Shown here: positions 1 through 12,210 of the stretch, in pieces
Layout: the number at the start of each line of letters is the position of its first letter
How positions within the stretch are numbered: position 1 is the first letter of the stretch
From: Candidatus Saccharimonadota bacterium
Lineage (GTDB): Bacteria; Bacteroidota; Bacteroidia; Cytophagales; Amoebophilaceae
Direction: 5' to 3'
NCBI RefSeq assembly: GCF_936981045.1
Contig: NZ_OW441264.1
Location: 780,001-812,000, forward strand
DNA: 32,000 nucleotides
Notes under the pieces: model-generated
Database searches by the model: none
What the model saw: only the letters and a program-made list of their open reading frames with translations
What the model was told of the DNA's origin: nothing
Position numbers and translations under genes: made by a program

Positions 1-3000
1 TTCTCTATTGCCTCTTTTAATGCCACCATAAGTTACCACACCACTTAACTCACTAATAAAAGCAGTATTAGCAGGCTTTCTAGCCTCAAAAAGCTCGACT
101 ACACGAGGCAAACCACCCGTAATATCTCGAGATTGATTAATGATACGAGGGACCCTAGCCAATACTTCACCTTTATGAACCTTATCACCTACTTCCACTG
201 CCAGTTGTGCTTTAACAGGAAGTGTATATGAGGCAATGGTGACACCTGCATCATCACATAAAACAACACTTGGATGTTTGGTCTTATCCCTAGACTCAAT
301 CATTACCTTTGCTTTACGCCCTGTTTGTTCATCAAACTCTTCTTGATAGGTAATGCCCTCTTCAAGACCTAGGAAATTCACTACTCCATCCTGAGTAGCC
401 AATAACACAACGTTATAAGGATCCCAATGGTAAAGTTCTTGATCGTAGCTTACGATTTGATTGTTTTTTACCTTAAGGTGGGCACCATATGGCAAATGGG
501 TACTGGTTAATACTTTTCTTGTATCAGGATCTAAAATTTGCAGCTCAGCAGAGCGACTCATGACGACTTTCACTTCCTGGCCATTTGAATCTACATACTC
601 TGTAACCATTAGGTCTTCAAAATTTATAATACCTGCATACTTTGCTTTGACCTTAGCATCAACCGTAACATTAGAGGCAATACCCCCGACATGGAAGGTT
701 CTCATGGTAAGCTGTGTACCAGGTTGCCCAATAGATTGGGCAGCAATTACCCCCACTGCTTCGCCAACGGATACCATATTACCTGTGGACAAGTTTCGAC
801 CATAACATTTTACACAAACGCCTTGAGACAAATCACAGGTCAATACAGAACGTACAAACACTTCTTCTAGACCAGCCTTTTCTATGTTAACAGCAATTTG
901 CTCATCAATTCCATGGCCACGCGCAATCAACAAAGCGCCTGTTTGAGGATCCAACACATCATCCACTACTACACGCCCTAGAATACGTTCTGCAAGTGGT
1001 TCAACTATTCTATTTTCAACTTGCACAGCAGTTACACTAATACCTTTAAGGGTACCACAATCCTCTTCAACGACGGTTAAGTCTTGTGCTACATCTACTA
1101 ACCTCCTGGTGAGATACCCTGCATCGGCTGTTTTTAAGGCAGTATCAGCCAATCCCTTCCTAGCACCGTGCGTAGCAATAAAATACTCAATCACATTCAA
1201 CCCCTCTTGGAAGTTAGAAATAATAGGGTGCTCAATAATTTCTCCTACTGCTCCTTGTGTACTCTTTTGAGGCCTACCAATTAATCCTTTCATACCGCCT
1301 AACTGACGCACCTGTTCACGGGAACCCCTTGCACCAGAAATCATCATCATGTAAACGGAATTAAAACCGTTTTGGTCTTGCTCCAACTGTTCCATTAGTT
1401 GATTGGTAATACGTGTATTGGTTCTGGTCCACACATCAATAACTTGATTATATCTTTCATTATCAGTTATTAAACCCAACATATAATTACCCCAAATGGA
1501 CTCCACCTCCTCAGTAGCTTGGGCAATCAATTCATGCTTATTGGCTGGTACCTTCACATCATCCAGCCCAATGGTCATCCCTGCCTTGAATGCTGTATTA
1601 AAACCTAAAGCTTTAATATTATCTAAAAACTCAACTGTAACAACTGTACCAAATTTACTGTACATATCTGTTACAATGCGCTGCATGTTTCTAACATTAA
1701 GCGTTTCATTAACAAATGCCATGCCAGCTGGACAATATTCATTGAACACTACTCTACCCACCGTTGTCTCTATTAAACGATACTCGACCGTTCCATCTAA
1801 ATCCGTGGTGGGCACACGCAGCTTGACATAAGCATGTTTAGAAACCTTTTTATGGGCCAATGCAATCAATACTTCTTCAGGCGCATAAAAAGAGATACCC
1901 TCTCCTAATACAACATCACCTGGAGTACTACGTTTTCCCTTGGTTAGATAATGCAATCCCAAAATCATATCACGAGATGGAATGGTAATAGGAATACCAT
2001 TTGAAGGATTCAATACATTGTAAGAGGCCAACATAAGCAATGAAGCTTCGGCAATGGCTTGCTGCCCAAGGGGCACATGAACCGCCATTTGATCCCCATC
2101 AAAATCGGCGTTGAAAGCAGTACAAACCAAAGGATGCAATTGAACGGCTTTGCCTTCAATCAACTTAGGCTGAAAGGCTTGTATACCCAATCGGTGGAGG
2201 GTTGGCGCTCGGTTAAGCAATACAGGATGACCTTTCAATACATTCTCTAATACATCCCAAATAACAGGATCTTTTTCCTCTATTAACCTTTTGGCAACTT
2301 TTACGGTTTCTGCTACGCCACGCTCTATAAGCCTACGTATGATAAAGGGCATAAATAGCTCAACTGCCATCTCTTTAGGCAGCCCACACTCATGGAGCCG
2401 TAACTCAGGCCCTACCACAATAACAGACCTACCGGAATAGTCCACGCGCTTACCAAGTAAATTCTGCCTAAAACGGCCTTGCTTCCCTTTCAACATATCA
2501 GAAAGGGATTTCAATGGCCGAATGCCCTCTGAAGCAACAGAATTGACTTTACGGGAATTATCAAATAAAGAATCTACTGCCTCCTGCAACATACGCATTT
2601 CATTACGTATGATGATCTGAGGGGCCTTAATAGCTAATAATCTTTTGAGCCTATTATTTCTAATAATAACCCTTCTATAGAGATCATTCAAATCAGAAGT
2701 AGCAAATTTCCCACCGCCCAGTGAAAAAAGAGGACGTAACTCAGGAGGAATAACAGGCAATATACGCATCACCATCCATTCTGGACGATTTTCTACTTTT
2801 TTATGTACATCCCTAAACCCTTCTACAATCTTTAGCCTTTTGACAATTTCTAGACGACGTTGTTGAGACGCATCGGTCAATAACTGTTCCCTTAAATAAA
2901 TTGAAAGCTTTTCTAAGTCAAGCCCTTTTAGAATAGATTCAATAGCTTCTGAACCAATTAGGGCGATAAACTTATTAGGATCTGAGTTACTGAGTAATGG

Positions 3001-3525
3001 ATTATCTGCAGGCAACTGATCTAAAATATCCAGATACTCATCCTCGGATAGCAGATCCATAGCAGCTATACCATCTTCTTTTTTGATACCGGGTTGCATT
3101 ACTACATAACGCTCATAGTATATAATCTGTTCCACCTTTTTAGTAGGTAGACCAAGTAAATAACTAATTTTACTAGGGAGCACCTTAAAGTACCAAATAT
3201 GGGTTACCGGAACCACCAACTCGATGTGGCCAACCCGTTGCCTACGTTGCTTTTTTTCTGTAATTTCAACACCGCATCTATCACATACAATGCCTTTATA
3301 GCGAATGCCTTTGTACTTGCCACAATGACATTCCCAGTCTTTTACAGGGCCAAATATACGCTCACAAAACAACCCCTTGGTTTCAGGCTTGTGGGTTCTA
3401 TAATTAATGGTTTCTGGCAGGGTCACTTCTCCTGATGAACGAGATAAAATAACCTCTGGAGAAGAAAGACTGGCAATAATACCAGAAAATTGAGTGGAGT
3501 GTGCGTTATTTTTTTTAAACTTCAT
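1..3525 (-). CDS. rpoC: DNA-directed RNA polymerase subunit beta-prime; 3' end of gene lies beyond window start (about 1175 codons present)
   Basis: Not in the ORF track because there is no stop in the window. My translation of the minus strand from ATG 3525-3523 gives [15 protein letters not shown]...[43 protein letters not shown], the N-terminal Zn-finger region of beta-prime. The catalytic motif [12 protein letters not shown] is encoded in the same frame at 2077-2112. The gene lies directly downstream of rpoB. Confidence 0.95.
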   Translation of the reverse strand, partial: MKFKKNNAHSTQFSGIIASLSSPEVILSRSSGEVTLPETINYRTHKPETKGLFCERIFGPVKDWECHCGKYKGIRYKGIVCDRCGVEITEKKQRRQRVGHIELVVPVTHIWYFKVLPSKISYLLGLPTKKVEQIIYYERYVVMQPGIKKEDGIAAMDLLSEDEYLDILDQLPADNPLLSNSDPNKFIALIGSEAIESILKGLDLEKLSIYLREQLLTDASQQRRLEIVKRLKIVEGFRDVHKKVENRPEWMVMRILPVIPPELRPLFSLGGGKFATSDLNDLYRRVIIRNNRLKRLLAIKAPQIIIRNEMRMLQEAVDSLFDNSRKVNSVASEGIRPLKSLSDMLKGKQGRFRQNLLGKRVDYSGRSVIVVGPELRLHECGLPKEMAVELFMPFIIRRLIERGVAETVKVAKRLIEEKDPVIWDVLENVLKGHPVLLNRAPTLHRLGIQAFQPKLIEGKAVQLHPLVCTAFNADFDGDQMAVHVPLGQQAIAEASLLMLASYNVLNPSNGIPITIPSRDMILGLHYLTKGKRSTPGDVVLGEGISFYAPEEVLIALAHKKVSKHAYVKLRVPTTDLDGTVEYRLIETTVGRVVFNEYCPAGMAFVNETLNVRNMQRIVTDMYSKFGTVVTVEFLDNIKALGFNTAFKAGMTIGLDDVKVPANKHELIAQATEEVESIWGNYMLGLITDNERYNQVIDVWTRTNTRITNQLMEQLEQDQNGFNSVYMMMISGARGSREQVRQLGGMKGLIGRPQKSTQGAVGEIIEHPIISNFQEGLNVIEYFIATHGARKGLADTALKTADAGYLTRRLVDVAQDLTVVEEDCGTLKGISVTAVQVENRIVEPLAERILGRVVVDDVLDPQTGALLIARGHGIDEQIAVNIEKAGLEEVFVRSVLTCDLSQGVCVKCYGRNLSTGNMVSVGEAVGVIAAQSIGQPGTQLTMRTFHVGGIASNVTVDAKVKAKYAGIINFEDLMVTEYVDSNGQEVKVVMSRSAELQILDPDTRKVLTSTHLPYGAHLKVKNNQIVSYDQELYHWDPYNVVLLATQDGVVNFLGLEEGITYQEEFDEQTGRKAKVMIESRDKTKHPSVVLCDDAGVTIASYTLPVKAQLAVEVGDKVHKGEVLARVPRIINQSRDITGGLPRVVELFEARKPANTAFISELSGVVTYGGIKRGNRE

Positions 3526-3576
3526 ACGGTTAACTTGCTAAGCGATTTGAGATATGGAATATCAAACGGACCATTA

Positions 3577-6500
3577 TTATACAAGTGTAATTTCAAGACC
3601 TAGCCCCCTTAGTTCATGAATCAATACATTGAATGACTCGGATAAATTTGGCTTTGGAATATTATTACCTTTCACAATGGCTTCATAGGCTTTAGACCTA
3701 CCGACTACATCATCTGATTTGGTATTGAGCATTTCTTGTAAAGTATAGGCAGCGCCATATGCTTCCAATGCCCATACCTCCATTTCACCAAATCTCTGTC
3801 CTCCAAATTGGGCTTTACCGCCTAATGGTTGCTGGGTAATCAATGAATAAGGACCTGTAGAACGGGCATGCATTTTATCATCTACCAAATGGGCAAGCTT
3901 GAGAAGATATACGACCCCAACTGTAACTTTTTGATCAAATGGCATACCCGTTCCCCCATCATAAACGGTTGTTTTACCAAAAGCAGGCAAGCCAGCTTGA
4001 TCCAACTCACTGGAGATCTGATCCAGGGTCATACCCTCAAAAATAGGATTGGTATACCGCTTGCCTAATTGATAACCAGCCCATCCTAACACTGCTTCAT
4101 ATAACTGACCTAAGTTCATACGAGAAGGCAATCCAAGTGGACTCAACACGACATCTACTGGCGTTCCATCTGCTAAGAAGGGCATATCCTCTTGAGGAAC
4201 TATCTTACAAACAATACCTTTATTACCATGTCTTCCAGACATTTTATCACCAACCTTAAGCTTTCTTTTTTCTGCAATATAGACCTTAGCTACTTTTACA
4301 ACCCCTTTGGGTAGCCCATCACCTGCTTCTAGCGTAAACCTTTCACGTTTAAAACGCACAATAGACTCTGTATACTTTTTAATGTAATTGCCTACAATAC
4401 GCTGCACCAAATCATTTTTAGATGGATCAGCCGTCCAATTACTCAGCACAAGATCTCCAATTAGATTGGCTTCTGCCGGAACATTGTAAAGGGACTCATC
4501 ACGGTAAATATTTTTAGAAGGAAAAAGCTTTTCAGCAATGAGTGAAGCTGTCAGGTGTATACCCTCTGCAATAATTTCATCGCCAAACTGATGATAAATA
4601 CCATTAGTAACCACCCCATCTAAAACAACTGACAACTTTTTAATAGCTATATCACGCAATTTTAGTAAATGTTTGGCATGTGCCTTCTTTAAGAGCTCTA
4701 GTTCTTTTTTGATTTTTTCCTTATTTTGCTTATTTCTTTCAGGGCTAGAGAAAATTTTGGTATCGATTACAATACCTTCCATGCCAGATGGGACTCTTAA
4801 AGAGGTATTCTTTACATCGCCTGCTTTATCACCAAAAATAGCTTTCAAAAGCCTTGCTTCTGGGGTAACATCTACCTCCCCCTTTGGGGTAACTTTACCA
4901 ATTAAAATATCACCTTCTTTAACTTCTGTACCTATTTTAACAATTCCATGAAGGTCTAACTTAGCAATCGCTTCTTCACTAACATTAGGAATTTCATTGG
5001 TTAACTCTTCTGCACCAAATTTGGTATCCTTTACCTCTAGAATAAATTCTTTGATGTGAATAGAGGTAAACACATCATCCCGCACAATACGTTCAGAAAT
5101 CACAATACCATCTTCAAAAGTATATCCTTTCCAGGATAAGAAGGCCACTTTTAAATTTTTACCCAGTGCCAGCTCCGCATTTTTAGTAGCATAGCCCTCA
5201 CCAAGTACTTGACCTTTTTCCACACGACTTCCCTTAGAAACGATTGGCAATAGGTTAATACAAGTACTTCGATTGGTGCCTCTAAACTTATCCATAGAGT
5301 AGGTTACAGAAGCATCATCAAATGCAACGAGTGCTTCTTCCGCTGAACGATCATACTGCACAACAATTTTTCTACTATCCACATAAGTCACTAGCCCACT
5401 ACCCTCTGCAGTAGGTAAGCCCCTAAACTCTTTAGCCACTCTCTTTTCTACACCGGTGCAAACAATGGGCACATCTGGTCGGACCAGAGGAACGGCCTGA
5501 CGTTGCATGTTAGAACCCATCAAGGCACGACTGGCATCATTATGCTCCAAAAATGGAATCAAAGAAGCAGCAACCGAAGCAATCTGACTACTGGCAACAT
5601 CCATATAATTGACCCGTTCTGGTTTTACCAGAGGATACTCATCTCCATTTCGGACTTTAATACGGCTATCTAAGATAGCACCATTTGAATCTAACCGTAC
5701 ATTAGCTGGAGCAAAATTAGCATTCTCTTCTTCTGAAGCACTCAGGTAATAAATCACACCACTTAGATCAACCTTACCATCCTCTACCCGCCTATAAGGC
5801 GTTTCAATAAACCCCATGCTATTTACACGCGCATACATACAGAGCGAAGAAATCAAACCAATGTTCATGCCCTCCGGTGTCTCAATGGTACACAACCTGC
5901 CATAGTGGGAGTAGTGCACATCACGAACCTCAAAACCAGCACGATCTCTAGAAAGTCCACCAGGCCCTAGTGCAGATACACGACGTTTATGGGTAATTTC
6001 TGCCAGTGGGTTCACTTGATCAATCAATTGAGAAAGTGGATTGATCCCAAAAAAAGAATTGATAACAGAAGAAAGTGTACGTGCATTAATGAGATCTGCA
6101 GGCTTAAATAACTCATTATCTCTAATGTTAATGCGTTCACGAATGGTTCTAGCCAAACGAGAAAGTCCTACACCAAATTGGGTATAGAGCTGCTCTCCAA
6201 CAGAACGAACCCGGCGATTGCTTAAGTGATCAATATCATCTACTTCTGCTTTACCATTGACCACTTTGATGAGATAATGAATAATTTGTACAATATCTTC
6301 TTGTGTCAATACAGCAGTCTTTACCGGGATGTCTAGATTTAATTTTTTATTGATCCTATAACGACCTACCTCACCCAGGGTATACCGCTTACTGCTAAAA
6401 AAAAGGCTTTCTACCGTTTCACGAGCCGCCTGCTCGTCAGGGGCCTCCGCATTACGCAACTGGCGATAAATTTGTTCTATTGCCTCCTTGGTATCATTGG

Positions 6501-7452
6501 TATTATCCTTTCCAAAGGAATTATAGACAAGGTGGTAGTCCATATAAGCTGTTTCTGATTTATGCAAAATAATAGAAGAGACCTCAGAAAATAGGATCAC
6601 CTCTATAGCCGCTTCATCCAATACAGTGTTACGCTCTACAAGGACTTCATGGCTGGTGCGTACATACTCTTCACCGGTTTCTTCATCTACATAACGTTCC
6701 GCACAGCTTTTTAAAACCCGAGCAGCTAATTTACGGCCTATATGCTTTTCCAGCACAGCTCTACTTGCTTCTACCTCATCTGCAAGACCAAATATATCTA
6801 AGATATCCTTATCACTACTATACCCAATGGCACGCAACATAGTGGTAATTGGAATTTTCTTTTTCCTATCTAGGTAGATATACATCACCGAATTGATATC
6901 AACCGAAAATTCAATCCAAACACCTTTAGCAGGAACCACCTTAGCAGTGTAAACACTTGACCCACTAATGTGTCTATTCTGAAAAAAGAAAATGCCGGAA
7001 GATTTATGCACCTGAGAAACGACCACACGCTCCACACCACTCAAAATAAAGGAACCCTGATCAGTCATATAGGGTACATTACCCAAAAAAACCTCTTGCT
7101 CAACTCCTTCATACTTTCCAGTATACTCATCATTTTGTAACAAGCGTAACTTTGCTTTCAAAGGAACATCATAGGTCAACCCGCGTTCAATACACTCCCG
7201 AGGAGTATATTGGGGAAGTTCTAAATTGTAATCAATAAACTCCAGAATATAGTTTCGCTTAGAATCTTCAATAGGAAAATGCTCCATAAAAACTTTATAG
7301 AGCCCTTCATTGATTCTACTTTCTGGACTAACACCCAGTTGAAAAAAGTCTCTAAAAGACTTTAATTGGATTTCAAGCAAATCAGTATAGTTTGCAGCGG
7401 CATCAGAAGAAGGCATATGGCAATTTTGTTTACTAGATTGTTTTTTCTTCAC
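3577..7452 (-). CDS. rpoB: DNA-directed RNA polymerase subunit beta
   Basis: 1291-aa ORF with hallmark beta-subunit blocks: GPGGLSRDRAGFEVRDVHYSHYGRLCTIETPEG, NMQRQAVPL, GDKMSGRHGNKGIV, GGQRFGEMEVWALEAYGAAYTLQEMLNTKSDD. It sits between rplL and rpoC. The true start could be the internal Met13. Confidence 0.97.
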   Translation of the reverse strand: MKKKQSSKQNCHMPSSDAAANYTDLLEIQLKSFRDFFQLGVSPESRINEGLYKVFMEHFPIEDSKRNYILEFIDYNLELPQYTPRECIERGLTYDVPLKAKLRLLQNDEYTGKYEGVEQEVFLGNVPYMTDQGSFILSGVERVVVSQVHKSSGIFFFQNRHISGSSVYTAKVVPAKGVWIEFSVDINSVMYIYLDRKKKIPITTMLRAIGYSSDKDILDIFGLADEVEASRAVLEKHIGRKLAARVLKSCAERYVDEETGEEYVRTSHEVLVERNTVLDEAAIEVILFSEVSSIILHKSETAYMDYHLVYNSFGKDNTNDTKEAIEQIYRQLRNAEAPDEQAARETVESLFFSSKRYTLGEVGRYRINKKLNLDIPVKTAVLTQEDIVQIIHYLIKVVNGKAEVDDIDHLSNRRVRSVGEQLYTQFGVGLSRLARTIRERINIRDNELFKPADLINARTLSSVINSFFGINPLSQLIDQVNPLAEITHKRRVSALGPGGLSRDRAGFEVRDVHYSHYGRLCTIETPEGMNIGLISSLCMYARVNSMGFIETPYRRVEDGKVDLSGVIYYLSASEEENANFAPANVRLDSNGAILDSRIKVRNGDEYPLVKPERVNYMDVASSQIASVAASLIPFLEHNDASRALMGSNMQRQAVPLVRPDVPIVCTGVEKRVAKEFRGLPTAEGSGLVTYVDSRKIVVQYDRSAEEALVAFDDASVTYSMDKFRGTNRSTCINLLPIVSKGSRVEKGQVLGEGYATKNAELALGKNLKVAFLSWKGYTFEDGIVISERIVRDDVFTSIHIKEFILEVKDTKFGAEELTNEIPNVSEEAIAKLDLHGIVKIGTEVKEGDILIGKVTPKGEVDVTPEARLLKAIFGDKAGDVKNTSLRVPSGMEGIVIDTKIFSSPERNKQNKEKIKKELELLKKAHAKHLLKLRDIAIKKLSVVLDGVVTNGIYHQFGDEIIAEGIHLTASLIAEKLFPSKNIYRDESLYNVPAEANLIGDLVLSNWTADPSKNDLVQRIVGNYIKKYTESIVRFKRERFTLEAGDGLPKGVVKVAKVYIAEKRKLKVGDKMSGRHGNKGIVCKIVPQEDMPFLADGTPVDVVLSPLGLPSRMNLGQLYEAVLGWAGYQLGKRYTNPIFEGMTLDQISSELDQAGLPAFGKTTVYDGGTGMPFDQKVTVGVVYLLKLAHLVDDKMHARSTGPYSLITQQPLGGKAQFGGQRFGEMEVWALEAYGAAYTLQEMLNTKSDDVVGRSKAYEAIVKGNNIPKPNLSESFNVLIHELRGLGLEITLV

Positions 7453-7624
7453 AAAGGTGCTACAAGCTTATAATTTATAGGAAGTAAAAAAAGGATATAC
7501 CCTAAGCTACATTAACATAAAATAGACCAAACGCTAAAGGAAGCAACATATGCAAATAAGTAAGCCCAGAGCTAAATAGGCACCCTTGCACGCCCTAAAA
7601 ATTATATTATAATAGGATAGCTGA

Positions 7625-8002
7625 CTACTTTAACTCAACCTCTGCACCCGCTTCTTCTAATTTTCTTTTGATGGATTCTGCTTCTTCTTTAGGAAGGCTT
7701 TCTTTCATAGTACCTGGCAGACCATCCACAAACTCCTTGGCTTCTTTCAGACTCAATTCGGTTATTTCTTTTACCAGTTTTACCACTGCCAGCTTAGAAG
7801 CACCTCCTGATTTTAGCACCACATCAAATGTTGTTTTTTCTGGCGCTGCTACAACCGGAACAGCAGGACCAGCTGCCACCATGATAGGAGCTGAAGCAGC
7901 AGGCTCAATACCATAGTCATTTTTCAAAATATCAGATAGCTCATTTGCCTGCTTAACCGTTAAATTAACAAGCTGTTCAGCTAAAACTTTTAACTCGGCC
8001 AT
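7625..8002 (-). CDS. rplL: 50S ribosomal protein L7/L12
   Basis: 125 aa with an Ala/Pro hinge ([13 protein letters not shown]) and the C-terminal domain [11 protein letters not shown]...[10 protein letters not shown]. Located between rplJ and rpoB. Confidence 0.95.
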   Translation of the reverse strand: MAELKVLAEQLVNLTVKQANELSDILKNDYGIEPAASAPIMVAAGPAVPVVAAPEKTTFDVVLKSGGASKLAVVKLVKEITELSLKEAKEFVDGLPGTMKESLPKEEAESIKRKLEEAGAEVELK

Positions 8003-8059
8003 AATTTATAAACGTTTATAAAATTTAGATAGATATAAAAATACAGAAACTTACCTTAG

Positions 8060-8599
8060 TTAAGCAGATGCTTTCGACCAAGACTCTACCACTCCCATTA
8101 AACGTTTTGCTCCAGATTGAATCACGGTCACAACACTTAAAATAGGAGCTTTCAAAAGCGTCATAATATCCCCTAAAATCTCCTCTTTTGATTTTAGGTT
8201 ACTCAACGCATCTAAGTATCCTGCGCCAATAAATAGATCACCATGAATAGAAGCACCTTTCAATGCAGGAAGGCTTAATTTTTCGGCTTCTAAAAAAGTT
8301 TTTAACATTTTTCCGGGAGCACGCCCGCTGTCATGACTAAACAAAATACCAGAAAACCCTTTCAATATGCTTGAAAAAGAGCCCACATAAGCAGCAAGCT
8401 TCTCAGATCGCTCGAGCGCTTTCTGTATCAAAGTATTCTTAGCCACTTGATAGACTATATTTTGTTCTGCACAACTTTTCCTAAATTTGTTTACCTGTTC
8501 CACGGTGAGACCCATAGCGTCTATCACATAAAAACAGTCGAAAGTAGAAAATTTTTCCACTAGACCTTGTATAACCTGTAATTTTTCTTCTCGTTTCAT
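8060..8599 (-). CDS. rplJ: 50S ribosomal protein L10
   Basis: ORF 8060..8620 with L10-like sequence and position. The track start at 8620 overlaps rplA by 17 nt. The internal ATG at 8599 (MKREEKLQVIQG...) lies 4 nt after the rplA stop and is the more likely start. Confidence 0.88.
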   Translation of the reverse strand: MKREEKLQVIQGLVEKFSTFDCFYVIDAMGLTVEQVNKFRKSCAEQNIVYQVAKNTLIQKALERSEKLAAYVGSFSSILKGFSGILFSHDSGRAPGKMLKTFLEAEKLSLPALKGASIHGDLFIGAGYLDALSNLKSKEEILGDIMTLLKAPILSVVTVIQSGAKRLMGVVESWSKASA

Positions 8600-8603
8600 T
8601 TCT

Positions 8604-9302
8604 CTAAAGCCCAACGGCAATACTTCTATCTACAAAAACGCCTCTACTCATCGTACTAGAAAGACTAATACTATTTACATAAAGCCCTTTTGAGGAGGCA
8701 GGCTTTAACTTAACAATCGCTCTTAACAACTCCATTATATTCTCTACGATCTTCTCCTGGGGGAAAGAGACGCGGCCTACACTACTATGTACAATACCAT
8801 ACTTATCCGCCTTAAAGCTTACCTTTCCGCTCTTGACCTCTTTAACCATCTTAGCAACATCCATGGTTACCGTACCTACCTTAGGATTAGGCATAAGCCC
8901 ACGAGGACCTAATATCTTACCCAATTTCCCCAGTTTAACCATAAGGGTTGGCATAGTGATAATCACATCTACATCTGTCCACCCCGCTGCCATCTTTTCT
9001 AGATAATCATCTAACCCTACATAGTCAGCGCCAGCCTGTTTGGCTTCTTGTTCTTTATCAGCTGTACAAAGCACTAAAATCCTACAGGGCTTACCTGTGC
9101 CATGTGGAAGAGATACAGTTCCCCGTACCATTTGATCAGATTTTTTAGGGTCTACACCCAAACGAACCGCAACATCCATGGAAGCATCAAACTTTGTAAA
9201 AGTATTTTTTTGCACCAACTGAACGGCCTCGCTTAAATTGTACACCTCTTTAGAAGAAACCACTGCGCTCCATTTATCCATTTTTTGAATTGCCATTTTC
9301 AT
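8604..9302 (-). CDS. rplA: 50S ribosomal protein L1
   Basis: ORF 8604..9320, L1-like (...[26 protein letters not shown]...[15 protein letters not shown]...). The track start overlaps the end of rplK. ATG 9302 (MKMAIQK...) or 9296 is the more likely start. Confidence 0.9.
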   Translation of the reverse strand: MKMAIQKMDKWSAVVSSKEVYNLSEAVQLVQKNTFTKFDASMDVAVRLGVDPKKSDQMVRGTVSLPHGTGKPCRILVLCTADKEQEAKQAGADYVGLDDYLEKMAAGWTDVDVIITMPTLMVKLGKLGKILGPRGLMPNPKVGTVTMDVAKMVKEVKSGKVSFKADKYGIVHSSVGRVSFPQEKIVENIMELLRAIVKLKPASSKGLYVNSISLSSTMSRGVFVDRSIAVGL

Positions 9303-9307
9303 ATCTT

Positions 9308-9751
9308 TTATTTGACCCAAGGCGCAGTACCCTGTACCGCAACGCCCATACTTCTTGCTGTTCCAGCTATCATACGCATGGCCGCATGTAGGTTTAAGGT
9401 ATTCAAATCTGGAAGCTTATCCGTTGCAATTTGTTGAATCTGCCCCCAGCTAATAGTCGCCACTTTACGTCTATTGGACTCAGGGGAACCTTTTGTGATC
9501 TCCGTAAGCCTCATAATTGAAATAACAGCAGGGGATGTTTTAGTGATAAAGTCAAAAGACTTATCTTGATAAACAGTAATGATGACAGGTATCACTTCCC
9601 CTTTTTGATCCTTGGTTCTAGCATTAAACTGCTTACAGAACTCCATGATATTGACACCCTTACTACCCAATGCTGGACCTACTGGTGGAGATGGATTAGC
9701 TGAGCCACCTTTAACCCGCAACTTTACATAACCTAAAATTGGCTTAGACAT
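9308..9751 (-). CDS. rplK: 50S ribosomal protein L11
   Basis: 147 aa with the L11 signature [34 protein letters not shown]. Follows nusG. Confidence 0.95.
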   Translation of the reverse strand: MSKPILGYVKLRVKGGSANPSPPVGPALGSKGVNIMEFCKQFNARTKDQKGEVIPVIITVYQDKSFDFITKTSPAVISIMRLTEITKGSPESNRRKVATISWGQIQQIATDKLPDLNTLNLHAAMRMIAGTARSMGVAVQGTAPWVK

Positions 9752-9797
9752 ATTATATGAATTTTATAAAAATCATTAGCGCAGATGCGCCTCGTGA

Positions 9798-10352
9798 TTA
9801 AAAAATCTTTTTAACCTGCGTATAACTTAACTCTACAGGGGTACTCCGTTCATCAAAAATTTTAACCACCACATTTAATGTTTTCTTTTCTTCAAAAATC
9901 TCCTGCACGTTTCCAGAAAAGCCTGCAAAAGGGCCATCTATGATTTCAACTACTTCCCCTAACGCGAAAATAGCATTCAACTTCAGATGACTAGGTCCAA
10001 GATTACTGGTTTTACCTATAATACGATCTACTTCCGTTTGACTCAATGGAACAGGTGTACTACGCCACCCTCTAACACCCAAGAAACCCAAAGCGCCTGT
10101 TATACTCTTTAGCAACTGTACAAGAAGATTATTTGACAAGTCTGCCTGCAAGAATATATAACCAGGAAACAAGTGCCTATTTTTTACATATTTTTTCCCA
10201 GCACGGACTTCATATACCTTTTCATAGAGTATTAATAATTCACCAACAATATGTTGTAAATTATTTCTTGCAAGCTCTACTTGCAGATTAGCCTTTATTT
10301 TTTCTTCTTGCTTAGCAACTACTTTAAGCACATACCACTGTAACGCATTCAT
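9798..10352 (-). CDS. nusG: Transcription termination/antitermination factor NusG
   Basis: 184 aa. N-terminal NGN-like start (WYVLKVVAKQEEK) and a C-terminal KOW motif (GEVVEIIDGPFAGFSGNVQEI). Canonical secE-nusG-rplK position. Confidence 0.9.
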   Translation of the reverse strand: MNALQWYVLKVVAKQEEKIKANLQVELARNNLQHIVGELLILYEKVYEVRAGKKYVKNRHLFPGYIFLQADLSNNLLVQLLKSITGALGFLGVRGWRSTPVPLSQTEVDRIIGKTSNLGPSHLKLNAIFALGEVVEIIDGPFAGFSGNVQEIFEEKKTLNVVVKIFDERSTPVELSYTQVKKIF

Positions 10353-10368
10353 TCAACTCGTCCACTGT

Positions 10369-10560
10369 TTAAAAAGCATTATAAAACCACACAAAAGCTT
10401 TTTTTAAAGACCAATCCATGAGCCCAATAAGAAGGGCAAATATAAAGGAGGCTACAAGCACAAGTACAGAACCATTTTGCAACCTATGGTAAGGAGGCCA
10501 AGTAATCTTATACCTTACTTCCTGTATCAGATTCTGTATAAATATCTTTGCTTTTGACAT
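10369..10560 (-). CDS. secE: Preprotein translocase subunit SecE
   Basis: 63 aa, basic N-terminus plus a single hydrophobic helix (VLVLVASFIFALLIGLMDW). Canonical position between tRNA-Trp and nusG. Confidence 0.8.
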   Translation of the reverse strand: MSKAKIFIQNLIQEVRYKITWPPYHRLQNGSVLVLVASFIFALLIGLMDWSLKKAFVWFYNAF

Positions 10561-10571
10561 ATTATTTGATG

Positions 10572-10644
10572 CACGGGTGGAGAGACTCGAACTCCCAGCC
10601 TATGGTTTTGGAGACCACCACTCTACCAGTTGAGCTACACCCGT
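10572..10644 (-). tRNA. trnW: tRNA-Trp (anticodon CCA)
   Basis: Reverse complement ACGGGTGTAGCTCAACTGGTAGAGTGGTGGTCTCCAAAACCATAGGCTGGGAGTTCGAGTCTCTCCACCCGTG folds as a cloverleaf. Acceptor ACGGGTG/CACCCGT, anticodon loop CTCCAAA, T-loop GTTCGAGTC. Confidence 0.9.
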
Positions 10645-10734
10645 ATTGTTTATACCATGAAATTAGAAGAAAAATCACACTATTTCTAAAGCGCCTTCTA
10701 GGATAAACAAGTAACAAAAGGGTACGAAAATGGA

Positions 10735-11922
10735 TTACTCAATAATCTCAGTAACCCTTCCAGCGCCAACCGTTCTTCCTCCTTCACGAATCGCAAAACG
10801 CAACCCTACTTCCATAGCAATGCTGTGGATAAGCATAATTTCCAAGTTAACATTATCACCTGGCATAACCATTTCAACACCTTGAGGAAGCTTTACTTCA
10901 CCTGTAACATCTGTTGTTCTAAAGTAGCACTGCGGCCTATATTTATTAAAGAATGGTGTATGACGCCCTCCTTCTTGTTTCGTTAAAACATAGACCTCAG
11001 CTTTAAACTTACTATGTGGCTTAACACTTCCCGGTTTACAAACCACCATACCGCGTTGAATAGAAGACTTATCAATACCACGAAGCAAAAGTCCAACATT
11101 ATCACCAGCCTCACCCCTATCCAAGTTTTTTCGAAACATTTCCACACCCGTAACAGTAGAGGTCAACTTGTCAGCCCCCATACCAATAATCTCAACAGAG
11201 CTACCTGTCGTAATTACACCCTTTTCAATTCTACCTGTTACAACGGTTCCACGGCCCGTAATCGTACATACTCCTTCTACAGGCATTAAAAAGTCTTGAT
11301 CTACCAATCGTACAGGAAGTGGGATATAAGTATCTACTGCATCCATCAACTCCTGAACTTTGGCTTCCCATTTTGGCTCTCCATTCAAAGCACCCAGCGC
11401 AGAGCCGCGAATAATAGGTGTATTGTCTCCATCAAACTTATAGGCATTGAGAAGCTCTCTAATCTCAAGTTCTACTAACTCGATCATTTCAGGATCATCT
11501 ACTAGATCCACTTTATTTAAAAATACTACGATACACGGGACACCAATTTGACTAGCCAAAAGAATATGCTCCCTAGTTTGGGGCATTGCACCATCTGTAG
11601 CCGCGACTAGAAGAATAGCGCCATCCATCTGAGCAGCGCCTGTAATCATATTTTTAACATAGTCTTTATGACCTGGGCAATCCACATGGGCATAGTGCCT
11701 ATTTTTGGTTTGGTATTCTACGTGAGCGGTGTTAATGGTAATCCCTCGTTCCTTTTCTTCTGGAGCAGCGTCAATAGCTGAAAACTCTTTTTTTTCTGCC
11801 AACCCTTCTTTAGCTAAAACAGTAGTAATAGCAGCCGTCAGCGTTGTTTTCCCATGGTCAACGTGGCCAATTGTACCAATGTTTACATGAGGCTTTAAGC
11901 GATTAAATGTCTCCTTTGCCAT
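10735..11922 (-). CDS. tuf: Elongation factor Tu
   Basis: 395 aa with GTPase motifs [23 protein letters not shown]-Tu-like along its full length. Confidence 0.98.
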   Translation of the reverse strand: MAKETFNRLKPHVNIGTIGHVDHGKTTLTAAITTVLAKEGLAEKKEFSAIDAAPEEKERGITINTAHVEYQTKNRHYAHVDCPGHKDYVKNMITGAAQMDGAILLVAATDGAMPQTREHILLASQIGVPCIVVFLNKVDLVDDPEMIELVELEIRELLNAYKFDGDNTPIIRGSALGALNGEPKWEAKVQELMDAVDTYIPLPVRLVDQDFLMPVEGVCTITGRGTVVTGRIEKGVITTGSSVEIIGMGADKLTSTVTGVEMFRKNLDRGEAGDNVGLLLRGIDKSSIQRGMVVCKPGSVKPHSKFKAEVYVLTKQEGGRHTPFFNKYRPQCYFRTTDVTGEVKLPQGVEMVMPGDNVNLEIMLIHSIAMEVGLRFAIREGGRTVGAGRVTEIIE

Positions 11923-12017
11923 AGCTTATAATTCTCTAGATTTTCAATGAAATAAATAATTCATCCAATACATTTTTGGACTTACCTAAAACTAACTTCC
12001 TCAGATCTATTGCAAAA

Positions 12018-12092
12018 TGGAGCCAATGACGGGATTTGAACCCGCGACCTCTTCCTTACCAAGGAAGCACTCTACCACTGAGCTACACCGGC
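12018..12092 (-). tRNA. trnT: tRNA-Thr (anticodon GGT), CCA encoded
   Basis: Reverse complement GCCGGTGTAGCTCAGTGGTAGAGTGCTTCCTTGGTAAGGAAGAGGTCGCGGGTTCAAATCCCGTCATTGGCTCCA. Anticodon stem CTTCC/GGAAG with loop TTGGTAA. Confidence 0.9.
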
Positions 12093-12108
12093 CCTATAGA
12101 AACTATAG

Positions 12109-12181
12109 AGCGGGAGACGAGAATCGAACTCGCGACCTGAAGCTTGGAAGGCTGCCGCTCTACCAACTGAGCTACTCCCGC
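12109..12181 (-). tRNA. trnG: tRNA-Gly (anticodon TCC)
   Basis: Reverse complement GCGGGAGTAGCTCAGTTGGTAGAGCGGCAGCCTTCCAAGCTTCAGGTCGCGAGTTCGATTCTCGTCTCCCGCT. Acceptor GCGGGAG/CTCCCGC, anticodon loop CTTCCAA. One mismatch in the anticodon stem. Confidence 0.85.
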
Positions 12182-12210
12182 TTTTATGCCCTACGATTAC
12201 TGCCACCTAG

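Noticed and set aside
7453-7624. An rplL-rpoB intergenic attenuator or terminator as in E. coli
   Set aside because: Only weak, imperfect inverted repeats (for example AGGGCGTGCAAGGGTGCCT) and no stem plus U-tract. The evidence is insufficient.
8600-8603. Absence of an rplJ (L10) leader: only 4 nt between rplA and the likely rplJ start
   Set aside because: Tight packing of rplK-rplA-rplJ-rplL is common outside the Proteobacteria/Firmicutes lineages where L10 leaders are described. It is probably normal for this phylum and not evidence of anything unusual.
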